Source: Utricularia gibba
Lineage: Eukaryota > Plantae > Magnoliophyta
Direction: 5' to 3'
Length of the DNA stretch: 64,000 nt
Assembly: GCA_002189035.1 (NCBI GenBank)
Contig: CM007991.1
Coordinates: forward strand, 4,712,001 to 4,776,000
Shown here: positions 12,234 through 24,857 of the stretch, piece by piece
Position numbering within the stretch: the first letter of the stretch is position 1
How the letters are laid out: each line of letters begins with the position of its first letter
Notes under the pieces: model-generated
The model's input: only the letters and a program-made list of their open reading frames with translations
Databases searched by the model: none
Told to the model about the DNA's origin: nothing
Position numbers and translations under genes: made by a program

Positions 12234-14740
12234 TGTTGGAGATCAACCTCAATCCAAAGGTTGAAGGTGATTGGAAAAATTAATCTTGTGACATAATGTC
12301 ATGTTTCAGATAAAAAGGAGTTGGGTTCAAGCATGGAAGTTTTGGGTTTGAGTTGTTGGGCTTTTTTGTTTGTTTTCAATGATTGTGGCCCACTATTAGG
12401 TAACCTAGGTCCCTACTAAGAATGCGTGTCAACTAGGTTTTCGGTCATCCTTATTGTTCATGAGTCGTTTTTCATCCAAGGTCATCTCATAAGCATTACC
12501 TTTTTGTTACTTGCCAAAACTCTATCTTTCTTACATCAACATGATATCAGAGCAGTAAGGTTATCAAACCTATGTTCGTTTCAGTATTTTATTTACCGTT
12601 CAGCGTTTTTTACTTGGTGGATTACCAAGTATCAACCCAAAGCTTGTCAAATGGTGGCTATGATGGCATCTGGTAGAGGACCTCTAATATTTGATGGTTC
12701 TGAGTATGGAAGCTGGGTCAAAAAGATGCATAGCTACTTTCGGGTCAGAAAGATTTAGGATGTTGTCGAAAGGGAGTATCTTCAACAGAGAAAACATAAA
12801 GCAATGGATGACTTGTATCATGCCATCTCTGAACATCGGTTTGATGATATTGCAGAGTGTCAATCAGCGAAAGAAATATGGGATACTCTCAAGTCCCATT
12901 ATGAAGGCGATGCCAAACTCAGATAGATATTATGCAAAAACAAGCTGGAGGACTTCACCGTACCATATTCTCCACAACAGAATGGTATATGTGAAAGGAG
13001 AAACAGAACAATCCTTGATATGTCAAGATGCCTATTGTTTGAGAAAGGTCTTCCTGTAAGTTTCTGGGCTGAAGCGGTATCTACATCTGTATATCTGTTG
13101 AACTTGCTTCCCTCAAGGGCGATTAGTGGAAAAACCGCCCATGAAAAATGACATGGTTATATTAAAAAGGTTGATCATCTCAAAATCTTTGGTAGTCTGT
13201 GTTTTACTCATATACCAGACCAAAAACGAGGAAAACTTGAAAAGAAATCTGTATCTGGTGTATTTGTTGGTTATAGCAACACTACCAAGGGATATAAAGT
13301 TTATCTACCTCAACAGAAGAAATTTATCCTCAGCCATGATGTCACTTTTGATGAAGGTGCAAGGTATACTTTAATTGATGATTGCATTGCTCTGAATGAT
13401 GCAGAAGCTCATAAAAGTCTTGAAAGGCATAACACTCATGTGAAAGGAGACCTCTGGACACACATGCCTCAAAACTTCTCTTCCAGCAATTCAACAAACC
13501 AAGAAACTTCAGAACTCGTTCATGAAGATTCAAATCAAGTAAATGATCAGCATTCAGATGAGAATTTTCCAGCTCAAGAGGAGGAGAAGGTCACAAATCA
13601 AGATGGCTCGTCCAATGAGAATTCAGAATCAAACTCTGAACCCCTATATGGACGATCTCATCAGGCCAATGATCAACCTTCAGATGGGAATTTCGAAATC
13701 CCAGAAGAGGAGCAAGGCACGAATGTAGAAGACTCATCAACAGATGAATCTAATGGAGAGGAACCTGATACTGATGATGAAGATTATTACCCATCTGATC
13801 GTGATTGGCAAAGGAGGAAACGCAAAAACATCAGAGATTCAATAGATAATGAAGATTGTCATGTTACTGACATTAGACGAAGCAAAAGAAACAAGGCTCC
13901 TACAATAAGTTTCTCCAAGTTGAATGATGATGTCCAAGATGCTGTAGCTGATATTTTGGCTGGATTATTGACAGGAGATCCAACATCATTTGAAGTGGCT
14001 GTACAAAATCCGAAATGGAGAGAGGCCATGAAGGAAGAAATGAATTTTGTACTTGAAAATGAAACATGGGAGTTAGTTGATTAACCCAAGGATAGGGGTT
14101 TCAAACCTATTGGCCTCAAGTGGTTATTCAAAATCAAGATGAATGCAGATTGCTCTATCAACAAATATAAGGCTAGATTAGTAGCCAAGGGATATAGTCA
14201 GATCAAAGGAATAAATTTTCATGAGATTATGGTATGGCTGAAGATAGTAAGAGTACATTTGGTGCACTCTTCTGCTTAAATAAGAGCCCTATAGTCTGGT
14301 TTTCGAAGAAACAAACAGTGGTAGCACAATCAACAGCTAAAGCAGAATACATCTCAGCAGCACATGCTTCGAACTATTGTGTTTGGTTGAGGCAAAGGGT
14401 TTAGAGTGGATGTTAAACGAACTTGGATTCATACAAAGGGAAGCTACACATCTGCTTATGGATAATCGAGCTGCAATCTCTATTGCCATGGATCCAACGA
14501 ACTTCAGCAAAGCCAAACACATAAGAATCAGGTATCATGTCATAAGGAATTACATCAAGGAGAAGAAAATTAAAGTGCAGTATGTTGAGAGTGGGAATCA
14601 GCTTGTTGATGAGCTCACCAAAGGTTTGAACAGAGTTCAGTTTGAGGTTGCAAGGAAGAGCATGAATCTCATGATTATGGAAGACTTTCTCAAGTTGGGA
14701 GATCTCGGTTTGGGGGGGAGTGTTGTAGATCAACCTCAAT
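12234..14740 (+). mobile_element. Ty1/copia (Ivana/Oryco-like) copy 1, internally deleted, 3' LTR truncated after ~20 bp
   Basis: 5' LTR 12234-12541, PBS tgatatcagagc 12542-12553, gag start MASGRGPLIFDG, gag joined to IN (VPYSPQQNG) at ~12947, RT deletion, RNase H tail, PPT ggggggag 14712-14720, LTR start tgttgtagatc at 14721. Confidence 0.9.
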
Positions 14741-14744
14741 TTAA

Positions 14745-15461
14745 GAGGAAGAACACTTAGTTTCTTTTCGTTTCTGTTTCCATGGCCCTTTTGGGCTAAA
14801 AACCTTTAGTTTCTGGGAAGTAGATGAAGTTTCCTTCCAAGTCCTGAGCAATACACTCGGTTCTTTATTGAATTCAATTCGGATTCGGCATACTTCCACG
14901 CATCTTGTTGCAGTCTTTCTGTAATAACTCTTAGTCATGTTGTTGCAAGAAAAATAGAGTCTTGGGAAGTAACAAAAAGGTAATGCTTATAAGATCACCT
15001 TGGATGAAAAACGATTCATGAACAATAAGAATGACCGAAAACCTCATTGACACGCATTCCTAGTAGGGTTTATATATACCCAATACCTAGGTTACCCAAC
15101 AGTGGGCCACAATCATTGAAAACACACAAAAAGCCCAACAACTCGAATCCAACACTTCCATGCTCGAACTCAACACCTTTTTTTATCTGAAATATGACAT
15201 TATGATACAAGTTTAGTTCTTCCAATCACCTTCAAGCTTTGGATTGAGGCTGATCTCCAACATCACTTACAATATAGCCAAGAAAAGAGATTTTGTTTGT
15301 GCAAAAGTCGCACTTTTTGATATTAGCATACAAACACTCTTTTCTCAAGACGAACAACACCTCACGTAAATGACATGTATGTTCATCCAGTGTCTTACTA
15401 TACACAAGAATATCATCAAAGTAAACAACAACAAATCTACCAAGAAAGGGACGCAATACAT
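14745..15461 (-). repeat. Inverted copy of the junctions of 20558-25326, carrying a solo LTR (14938-15262) in place of the full copia element
   Basis: 14745-14937 is the reverse complement of 25133-25326; 15263-15461 is the reverse complement of 20558-20756 (CRM RT ...SFLGYIVSD); the copia LTR lies between them. Confidence 0.92.
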
Positions 15462-15469
15462 CCCTACTC

Positions 15470-15985
15470 ATCCATACTAGGCAAGCCATGGTTAGGGTCC
15501 CATTAGTAATGAGCGAAAATGTGAGCTTAAGATCAAGATAACTTTCTTGACCTCAAGTCTAAGCTTACTTGCACGGCTTACATATTCGAGATCTTGCTAC
15601 TGACACTTGGTTAGCTTCCCATAGTAGCATCTCGAAGATGAGTCATCCAGTGAATCGATTCTCTAATCGACACCCACACATAAGTTCTAGTAATCTCATT
15701 ACATCAATTGTGAGAACCATTGCCTAAACAATTTAGGGAACTCAATGTGTGCCAGCTTATTCGTATTTGTGATATCTTCATTTCACAAATATTCTAGCTA
15801 GGGAGTTTTTAACTTGATCATGAGTGTTTGAAGAATCTCATATTATGATCTCATCATAATTTCTATAGCACATAGATCAAGTAGAGGATTTTATCAATGA
15901 TATAAATTTGATCACAATTCAAAGTAAATATCATAAGATAAGATTTGCTAATGAATTGATTGTCTTTAGAACACATACACCAACA
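15470..15985 (-). repeat. LTR fragment of another copia family (Angela-like, tentative)
   Basis: Minus strand begins tgttggtgtatgtgttctaaagacaatc, resembling Angela-type LTR starts as recalled; no internal domain. Confidence 0.45.
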
Positions 15986-15999
15986 CCTCGTATGATTGG

Positions 16000-16042
16000 T
16001 GTTCGTGGATTGCTAATCTCTATAGATTAGAGGGTCATATCA
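16000..16042 (+). repeat. Short 3' end of a CRM-A-type LTR
   Basis: gctaatctctatagattagagggtcatatca is the reverse complement of 4879-4909 with one mismatch. Confidence 0.8.
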
Positions 16043-17085
16043 ATGAGTTCACATTGGTCCCCTTTGCATGGATAACGCACTAGCCCCAGTCATCCCTTAC
16101 AAAAACAGTGTTTCGGTGCCAGAAGTGGACAACTTTGCTTTTGTGTCGCTTGAGAACACCCTTATTTCAACGAGGGAGGAGTAAGCATTAGTTCCCCACC
16201 ATATGAGAGTGGCGGGTTCATGGGAAGGTCAGAATTTGTGACTCTTTGGGCGACTTGTGTACCATGATTGGCCACGTAGCATCTACGAATGCCATTTGGG
16301 TTGTCCTTGAAGGATGTTTATCGAAGGCTTGTCGAGGACGGTCCCCCCTCCCACGGATTTGACAATGGAGGGGTCCAAATACCAAGGGTTTGCGAAGTGG
16401 ATATTTGGATGTTGAAAGAAAAGCTAACTGCAACGTGTGTTCGTTCTTCATTTTTGGCGGATATGGATTTCTTTTATTCCCAGGAATGCATCCACTGACA
16501 GCTCTGCCTGCATCCTGATGCAACAGAATAAAGTCATTGCGCATGCATCCCGGGAAGTTAAAACATCACGAAACGAATTATGCAGGGCAGGAACTACAGC
16601 TACGTGCTGGTGTGTTTGCTCTAATACTATGCCAAAAATATGTCTATGGCTTGAGGTGCATGGGTTATACTGATCATCAAAGCTTTAAACACTCGGGTAC
16701 GACAAATGAATCGAACTTGAGACAAACGAGATGGCTGGAGCAGCTAAAAGATTATGAGGTGGAGATAGAGTCTCAACCTTGGAAGGACAATGGCGTGGCG
16801 GATGCCCAAGCCATAGGAAGCGTAAAGGGAACTTTGATGAGAGTTGCTTGTCACGGGTGGGGTCACCATCATCATTCCCAAGATTAGTTGAGTTTGCGGC
16901 ATCACAGCGGCATCTACGCGGAAGCCTATCCCGCCCGCTTTGGTTTGAAGCGCAGCATCCCTTCATACAAGGACGTGTCTGGCTATGAGAATGTAATAGG
17001 ACCGGAGCGGATGACAGTCACATAAGACAAGGTGCTCCTGGAAATTCCACAATGGGCAGAGAGCACTTGATTGAGTATCATGACA
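16043..17085 (+). pseudogene. Very diverged, CpG-rich Tekay/Del-like RT-RNase H fragment (possible mitochondrial-derived insert)
   Basis: LMQQNKVIAHASR-KLKHHETNY...YTDHQSFKH...NLRQTRWLEQLKDY...ADA aligns to Ty3 RNase H; visibly higher GC and CpG than the flanks. Confidence 0.7.
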
Positions 17086-18052
17086 GTCAACTTTGATTAT
17101 AATCAATTTTGAGAGCAAATTCTCCTTCTTTGAGTTCCTTAGAACTTAGACTTATCAAACCTTGCTTGTGGTGTCTAGTGTGTGGTTTATCACCCCCAAT
17201 TTCTTCCTTAATTATGTGAGTGTGGTACCATTTCATAGTTTGGGTTGCAAGGATTTTTTAATCCTTGAGGACCAACTTCTTTTTTCTCAACGGATTGTTT
17301 CTTTTCAACCAAGATCTGGTTTGCCAATCACTTGTTGATTGGAGGGTCGTATCAGGTGGTATCAGAGCCAATCTTTCTCTTCTTCATATACTATCTATCT
17401 TGTTGTGGTTTCATTCTAAGAAAAAAAAAAAGAAACTAATCCAGATCTATCTTGATTTACTTATCTTGTCTTTTGCTCATCTCTTCTTCTGAAAAGAAAA
17501 ACCAAGGGGGGTTTCTTATCTTTGTTTCTTCCATCCTTTTCTTCTGGATTGCCGCAAAAAGAAAAAAAAAACGTGTTGAAGGGAGAAAGAAGGTTAGCTG
17601 CCGAATTCATTGAATTTTCAACTTTTCATACACGAGAAAAGTAAAAAAAAAAGGAGTTAGTCGTTTGAATCCATTCAATCTTCTGCTTACTAAACAAAAG
17701 AAAAGTCAATATTGTACAACTTTGTCTATTGTCACACTTATATTACCTTTTAATTCTTTTCAATTGTCTACCTACCTCTTTTGTGCTAGACACAACAAGT
17801 TACATTATATCTTTCCATTTTTACTCTTACCTAATCATAATTACTCTTACCATCACCGAATCCTATATTGTTCATTTGCTTTATCTCACTCATTATCCTA
17901 GCCATCCTTATCCCTTTGAACCACACTTAGATTGATCATTTAAGGTTTATTGAGTCTTAAGGTTCAAGAGGACTTGAGGTTTGGAAATTCTATCCTTCTT
18001 CTTTTACTTCTATCCTCCTTTCATTGTTTTCTTTCCTTCGTTTTATAGTAGA

Positions 18053-20756
18053 ACGTCAAGCTCTAACAACCCTGCAGAAGAATCAGGTGCTATGGATGTT
18101 CGTTTCGTACTTAATGCAATGCAAAGTGAATTTAGGAGACTGCAAAGATGCATGGAGCAAATCCACCTCAAACTAGAGGAACATGATGAATCTCTCAAAA
18201 ACATCAAAAAGCAAGAAGAGGACAGCGTTTCTCATGGAAGAACAAGAGTTCCAACACATCATAGCAGAAGGAATTCTCAACTAGAAAAAGATTCGAAATC
18301 TGAGGCTGAAGAAGCAAGGCATGGTGAACAAAGGAGAAATAATAACAACAGCCCTGGTGAGTATGATTCATCTGGTGGTGATGATATAGAACGAAGATCT
18401 CAAGGAAATTGGAGGCCAAAACGTGGTGTGAGGTATGATGAAAGACCAAGAGGTAGACACACACGTGAACCCAAGGAATTTCAAAACATCAAGATGAAAA
18501 TCCCTTCTTTTCAAGGAAAAAACGATCCAAATGCCTACTTGGAGTGGGAAACTCGTGTGGAGCACGTGTTTGATTGCCATAACTATTCTGAAGCCAGGAA
18601 GATTAAGCTTGCTGTTGTTGAGTTCACAGATTATGCCATAACTTGTTGGGACAAAATAGTACTCAAATGAAGAGGATCATGAGAAAAAGGTTCATTCCCA
18701 GCCACTACCAAAGAGATCAACACCAAAACTTGCAGAAGCTCACCCAAGGGAGCAAAACCGTGGAAGAATATTGGCAAGAAATGGAGGTGTTAATGATTCG
18801 AGCCAATATAACAGAGGATAGAGAAGCTACAATGGCAAGATTCCTCTATGGTTTAAACAAGGAAATCTCTCAAGTGGTCGAGTTGCAACACTATGAGGAG
18901 ATTGAAGACATGTTGCACGTTGCAATAAAGATTGAGAAGCAACTCAAGTCTAAGGGACAACATAGACACCATCCAAAACCTACTACCTCGTGGAATGTTG
19001 CTGGAAGGAGAAGAAACCCAATTATCCTTCATTTGGGAAATCAACCAAGTTTGGACCGATGAAAGAGGGCACTTCAGATACTCGAAACCAGGAAAGAGTA
19101 TTTAAGTCTTCTGGACCAACACGAAATATCAAGTGTTTCAAATGTCTTGGCCATGGTCATATTGCTTCGGAAATGCCCAAACAAGAGAACCATGATTTTA
19201 AGGGATTCTGGAGATGTTGAATATGAAGTTGAGAGTGAAGGTGGAAGTGAAGTACAAGAGATAGATGATGGGGAACAACAACCTGTCATTGGTGAAAGTT
19301 TGGTAACAAGAAGGACTTTAGCCATGGATGCTAAGCCAATGAAGGAGCAACGTGAAAACTTATTCCATACACGTTGTTTTGTGAAAGGAAAAGTTTGCAG
19401 CCTAATCATTGATGGAGTCAATTGCACAAACGTAGCTGGTATTCTCATGGTGGATAAACTCCATCTTCCTACTCTTAAACATCCAAATCCCTACAAGCTT
19501 CAATGGTTGAACGAAGGGCGTGAAGTAAAGATCAATAAGCAAGTTCTTGTTGCTTTTCAAATTGGAAAGTATGCGGATGAGGTTCTTTGTGATGTAGTGC
19601 CCATGCATGCTGGACACATACTATTGGGAAGGCCTTGGCAATATGATAGGAAGGTGATTCATGATGGATATACAAACAAGTATTCCTTTTCCATAAAAGG
19701 AAAACCAATCACATTGGTGCCTTTATCTCCAAAAGGCGCACACGAAGATCAAGTTAAGATTGCTGCTGCTATCAAATCTTTTGGTGAGTTAAGAGATGAG
19801 AGTATGGGGGAGAAAAAAGAGATATCACGAGAAAGGAAAAGAACACCTAAAAAAGAGAGTGAAAAGAAAGACGTGAATGAAGGAGTTGTGAGAAAAAAAG
19901 AAGTGGAATGCCTTATTGCAAGAATGAGTGATGTGAAAATAGTGTTACATGCCAGAAATCCCTTTCTTTTGCTCTTGTTTAAAGAGCCTTTGTCACACAA
20001 CTCTAACCTACAAGAGAATCTTCCTACTTGTATTAAATTTGTTTTGCAGGATATCAATGATGTTTTTCCTGAAGAATTACCTGGATTACCTCCATACCGA
20101 CGAATAGAACATCAAATTGACCTTGTTCCTAGTGCTCAAATCCCAAACCGAGCTGCCTATAGGGCCAACCGTGAAGAAACCAAAGAAATCCAACGCCAAG
20201 TAGAAGAACTCATGGCTAAGGGGTTGGTGATGGAAAGTGTGAGTCCATGCTCAGTTCCAGTATTATTGGTGCCAAAACATGATGGAACATGAAGAATGTG
20301 CACTGATTGTCGAGCTATCAACCAAATAACGGTTAAGTACAGTCATCCTATACCTAGACTTAATGATATGTTAGATGAATTACACGGATCATGGATTTTC
20401 TCTAAAATTGATTTGCGTAGTGGATATCATCAAATTAGGATGAGAAAGGGGGATGAATGGAAGGCTGCTTTCAAAACTAAGTTTGGTTTACAGTAATGGT
20501 TGGTTATGTCTTTTGGATTGACTAACGCACCTTGTACTTTCATGAGGTTAATGAATCATGTATTGCGTCCCTTTCTTGGTAAATTTGTTGTTGTTTACTT
20601 TGATGATATTGTTGTGTATAGTAAGACACTGGATGAACATACATGTCATTTACGTGAGGTGTTGTTCGTCTTGAGAAAAGAGTGTTTGTATGCTAATATC
20701 AAAAAGTGCGACTTTTGCACAAACAAAATCTCTTTTCTTGGCTATATTGTAAGTGA
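18053..20756 (+). pseudogene. gag-pol: CRM-B gag-PR-RT (frameshifts and stops), cut at SFLGYIVSD by the copia insertion
   Basis: ORFs 17981-18670, 18643-19062, 19147-20292, 20296-20496 and 20500-20787; colinear with CRM-A gag-pol. Confidence 0.9.
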
Positions 20757-21814
20757 TGTTGGAGATCATCCTCAATCCAAAGCTTGAAGGTAATTGGAAG
20801 AACTAAACTTGAGTCATAATGTCATATTTCAGATAAAAAAAGGTGTTGGGTTCGAGCATGGAAGTGTTGGATTCGAGTTGTTGGGCTTTTTGTGTGTTTT
20901 CAATGATTGTGGCCCACTGTTGGGTAACCTAGGTATTGGGTATATATAAACCCTACTAGGAATGCGTGTCAATTAGGTTTTCGGTCATTCCTTTTGTTCA
21001 TGAGTTGTTTTTCATCCAAGGTGATCTCATAAGCATTACCTTTTTGTTACTTCCCAAGACTCTATCTTTCTTTCATCAACGTGGTATAAGGGCAGTAAGG
21101 TTCTCAAACCTGTGTTCTTTTCAGTATTTTATTAACCGTTCAGCGTTTTTTACTTAGTGGATTACCAAGTATCAACCTAAAGCTTGTCAAACGGTGGCTA
21201 TGATGGCATCTGGTAGAGGACCTCCAATGTTTGATGGTTCTGAGTATGGAAGCTGCGTCAAAAAGATACGTAGCTACCTTCTAGTCAGAAAGATTTGGGA
21301 TGTTGTCGAAAGGGAGATTCCGGCTATTACAATAACAAGCAAATCCACATCAGAACAACAATAGAAAGCTGAGTATCTTCAACAGAGCAAAGATGAAGTA
21401 ATGGATGCCTTGTATCAAGCCTTCTCTGTACATCTGTTTGATGATATTGCAGAGTGTCAATCAGCGAAAGAAATATGGCATACTTTCAAATCCCATTATG
21501 AAGGTGATGGAAAACTCAGAGAGATATTATGCAAAAACAAGCTGCCGGACGTTGAGAGAAACAAGATGTTAGACAATGAAGCCATACAAGTTTATTATGA
21601 ACGTACTGCGAAGCTTGTGAAGGAGATTCGAGGATTGGGGGAAAAACTTGAGGATCAAAAGGTGATTAGCAAGGCAATCATGAGCCTACCTGCAAGATTC
21701 GAGCCAAAGTTGTGCACTTGAGACAGAAAGAAAATCCTTGACATTATTAAAGGAAAGCTCCATCAGCTATATCCTGAATATCCTGTTACACCAGAGCCAA
21801 CATTTAGAGAGTTC

Positions 21815-22420
21815 ATGATTGAGTTGCAATCTACAGAAAAGAGATTGGAACTAAGAGATGGTTATGAAGTTGAGAAAACTTATGGTGAAGCTGCTCTCCT
21901 CACCAAAATGCAGAATATGAATATAACCTCAGGTGCAATTAACAATGTCAAGGATGTCAAGACAACAGCAATCAAACAATCACCAACGTCAATCCAAACA
22001 TCAACGATGGGCAATCAGAAGTGCAGGCATTGTGACAAATCCAACCATAAGAGTGAAGATTGTTGGACTTTAAGCACAAATGCTTGCAAGCATTGCAACA
22101 AACAGAATCACAGGAGTGAGTTTTGTTGGTGGAAGCCTGATGCTTTGTGCACGAAATGCAATCAAAGAGGCCATCTTGACAAGGTATGTGGAATGTCAAA
22201 TCCAATAAAAGTTGAGCATAACAAGAAGGCTTCTTCCAGGGAAGAGAAATCACATGCATCCTTTACCTACTTTGAAGATGAGCCAGAAATATCTTTTAAA
22301 GATCCTTTTGAGTATGAGTGTGCTCTAATGACAGTAGCCTCAAATGCTAAAGGCTGGTACTTGGACTCTGGCGCCTCCTATCCTGTATGTTGTGATACAA
22401 GGTCATTTCTCAAGTTTTAA
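21815..22420 (+). pseudogene. gag: Copia Gag C-terminus with three CCHC knuckles, plus protease start
   Basis: CRHCDKSNHKSEDC, CKHCNKQNHRSEFC and CTKCNQRGHLDKVC; WYLDSGAS. Confidence 0.88.
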
Positions 22421-23390
22421 AGGATTGGGAAGGAGGTAAGCACGTGCATTGGTGAAAATATTGGCATTGTGGGCAAAGGAAGCATTTTACTCTTGCTAAA
22501 AGAAGGAATTGTTCAAGTTGATGATGTTTATTATTCACCAAACCTCAAACAAAACATGTTGAGCTTTGACCAATTGAGCAGGCAAGGGATATAAAGTTTA
22601 TAGCAACACTACCAAGGGATATAAAGTTTATTTACCTCAACAGAAGAAATTTATCTTCAGCCATGATGTCACTTTTGATGAAGGTGCAAGGTATACTTTA
22701 ATTGATGATTGCATTTTTCTGAATGATGCAGAAGCTCATAAAAGTGATGGAAGGCATAGCACCCATGGGAAAGGAGACCTCTGGACACACATGCCTCAAA
22801 ACTTCTCTTCCAGGAATTCAACAAACCAAGAAACTTCAGAACTCGTTCATGAAGATTCAAATCAAGTAAATGATCAGCATTCAGATGAGAATTTTCCAGC
22901 TCCAGAGGAGGAGAAGGCCAATGATCTACATTCAGATGGGAATTTCGAAATCCAGGAAGAGGAGCAAGGCACGAATGCAGAAGACTCATCAACAGATGAA
23001 TCTGATGGAGAGGAACCTGATACTGATGATGAAGATTATTACCCATCTGATCGTGATTGGCAAAGGAGGAAACGCAAAAACATCAGAGATTCAATAGATA
23101 ATGAAGATAGTCATGTTACTGACATTAGACGAAGCAAAAGAAACAAGGCTCCTACAATAAGTTTCTCCAAGTTGAATGATGATGTCCAAGATGCTGTAGC
23201 TGATATTTTGGCTGGATTATTGACAGGAGATCCAACATCATTTGAAGTGGCTGTACAAAATCCGAAATGGAGAGAGGCCATAAAGGAAGAAATGAATTCT
23301 GTACTTGAAAATGAAACATGGTAGTTAGTTGATTAACCCAAGGATAGGGGTTTCAAACCTATTGGCCTCAAGTGGTTATTCAAAACTAAG

Positions 23391-24857
23391 ATGAATGCAG
23401 ATTGCTCTATCAACAAATATAAGGCTAGATTAGTAGCCAAGGGATATAGTCAGATCAAAGGAATAAATTTTCATGAGATTTTTGCACCAGTAACAAGATT
23501 TGACACGATTAAAGTACTTCTTGCCATTTCAGCTGCTCATGGATGGAAAGTGCATCACATGGATGTCAAGACTGCGTTCTTGAATGGTGTGTTGGAGGAG
23601 GTTGTTTTTGTTGAACAACCAAAGGGCTTCGAAGTGTCAGGTCATGAAGACAAGGTATTGAAGCTAAAGAAATCTCTCTATGGGTTGAAGCAAGCTCCTA
23701 CAGCATGGAATGAACGCATGGATAACTTTCTTCAGGGTATTGGTTTCAGAAAAACATATAGTGATTACTCACTATATGTTAAAGGAAAAGAAGATGATCG
23801 TTTATTTATTAGCTTATATGTAGATGATCTTATGATTACCTCAGGTAATGAAAGGAAAATTGAGGAATTCAAAGCTCTGCTCAAAAATGAATTCAAGATA
23901 ACTGACCTTGGAATGATGTCCTACTATCTAGGCATGGAAATTCATCAACTTGAAGGTGTTGGAACATTCATATCTCAGAAAAAGTACTGTAATGAACTTC
24001 TTGAAAGGTTTGGGTTCAAAGATGTCAATCCTTCAAAAACGCCTTTGGATTACAAACAAGTGATTGGAGAGAACAATCAGGGAAGGAATGTGGATGCCAC
24101 TACTTATAGAAGTATGATTGGAAGCCTCATTTATCTCCAGCATACAAGGCCTGACTTGTGTTTTTGTGTAAATGTCTTATCTCGCTTCCTCAACAAACCA
24201 ACAACAACTCACATGGCAGCTGTGAAAAGAGCTTTCAGGTACATAAAATCATCTACTGATTTCGGATTGTTCTATCCCTATGAAGGTGAAAAACCAGTCT
24301 TGAAACTTAGAGCCTACTCAGATAGTGATTATGGTATGGCTGAAGATAGCAAGAATACATCTGGTGCACTCTTCTTCTTAAATAAGAGCCCTGTAGTCTG
24401 GTTTTCGAAGAAACAAAAAGTGGTAGCACAATCAACAGCTGAAGCAGAATACATCTCAGCAGCACATGCTTCGAACTATTGTGTTTGGTTCAGGCAAATG
24501 CTAAACGAACTTGGATTCATACAACAGGAAGCTACACATCTGCTTATGGATAATCGAGCTGCAATCTCCATTGCCAAGGATCCGACGAACTTCAGCAAAG
24601 CCAAACACATAAGAATCAGGTATCATGTCATAAGGAATTACATCAAGGAGAAGAAGATTAAAGTGCAGTATGTTGAGTGTGGGAATCAGCTTGCTGATGG
24701 GCTCACCAAAGGTTTGAACAGAGTTCAGTTTGAGCTAGCAAGAAAGAACATGAATCTCATGACTATGGAAGACTTTCTCAAGTTAGGAGATCTCGGTCTG
24801 GGGGGAGTGTTGGAGATCAGCCTCAATCCAAAGTTTGAAGGTGATTGGAAGAACTAA
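23391..24857 (+). CDS. pol: Copia reverse transcriptase-RNase H ORF (488 aa), open, stop codon inside the 3' LTR
   Basis: [67 protein letters not shown]. Confidence 0.93.
   Translation: MNADCSINKYKARLVAKGYSQIKGINFHEIFAPVTRFDTIKVLLAISAAHGWKVHHMDVKTAFLNGVLEEVVFVEQPKGFEVSGHEDKVLKLKKSLYGLKQAPTAWNERMDNFLQGIGFRKTYSDYSLYVKGKEDDRLFISLYVDDLMITSGNERKIEEFKALLKNEFKITDLGMMSYYLGMEIHQLEGVGTFISQKKYCNELLERFGFKDVNPSKTPLDYKQVIGENNQGRNVDATTYRSMIGSLIYLQHTRPDLCFCVNVLSRFLNKPTTTHMAAVKRAFRYIKSSTDFGLFYPYEGEKPVLKLRAYSDSDYGMAEDSKNTSGALFFLNKSPVVWFSKKQKVVAQSTAEAEYISAAHASNYCVWFRQMLNELGFIQQEATHLLMDNRAAISIAKDPTNFSKAKHIRIRYHVIRNYIKEKKIKVQYVECGNQLADGLTKGLNRVQFELARKNMNLMTMEDFLKLGDLGLGGVLEISLNPKFEGDWKN

Noticed and set aside
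13440-14084. Acidic 214-aa ORF with a basic cluster (WQRRKRK) as a novel gene
   Set aside because: It is the IN-RT linker of the copia polyprotein, continuous with DPTSFEVAV...W.EAM
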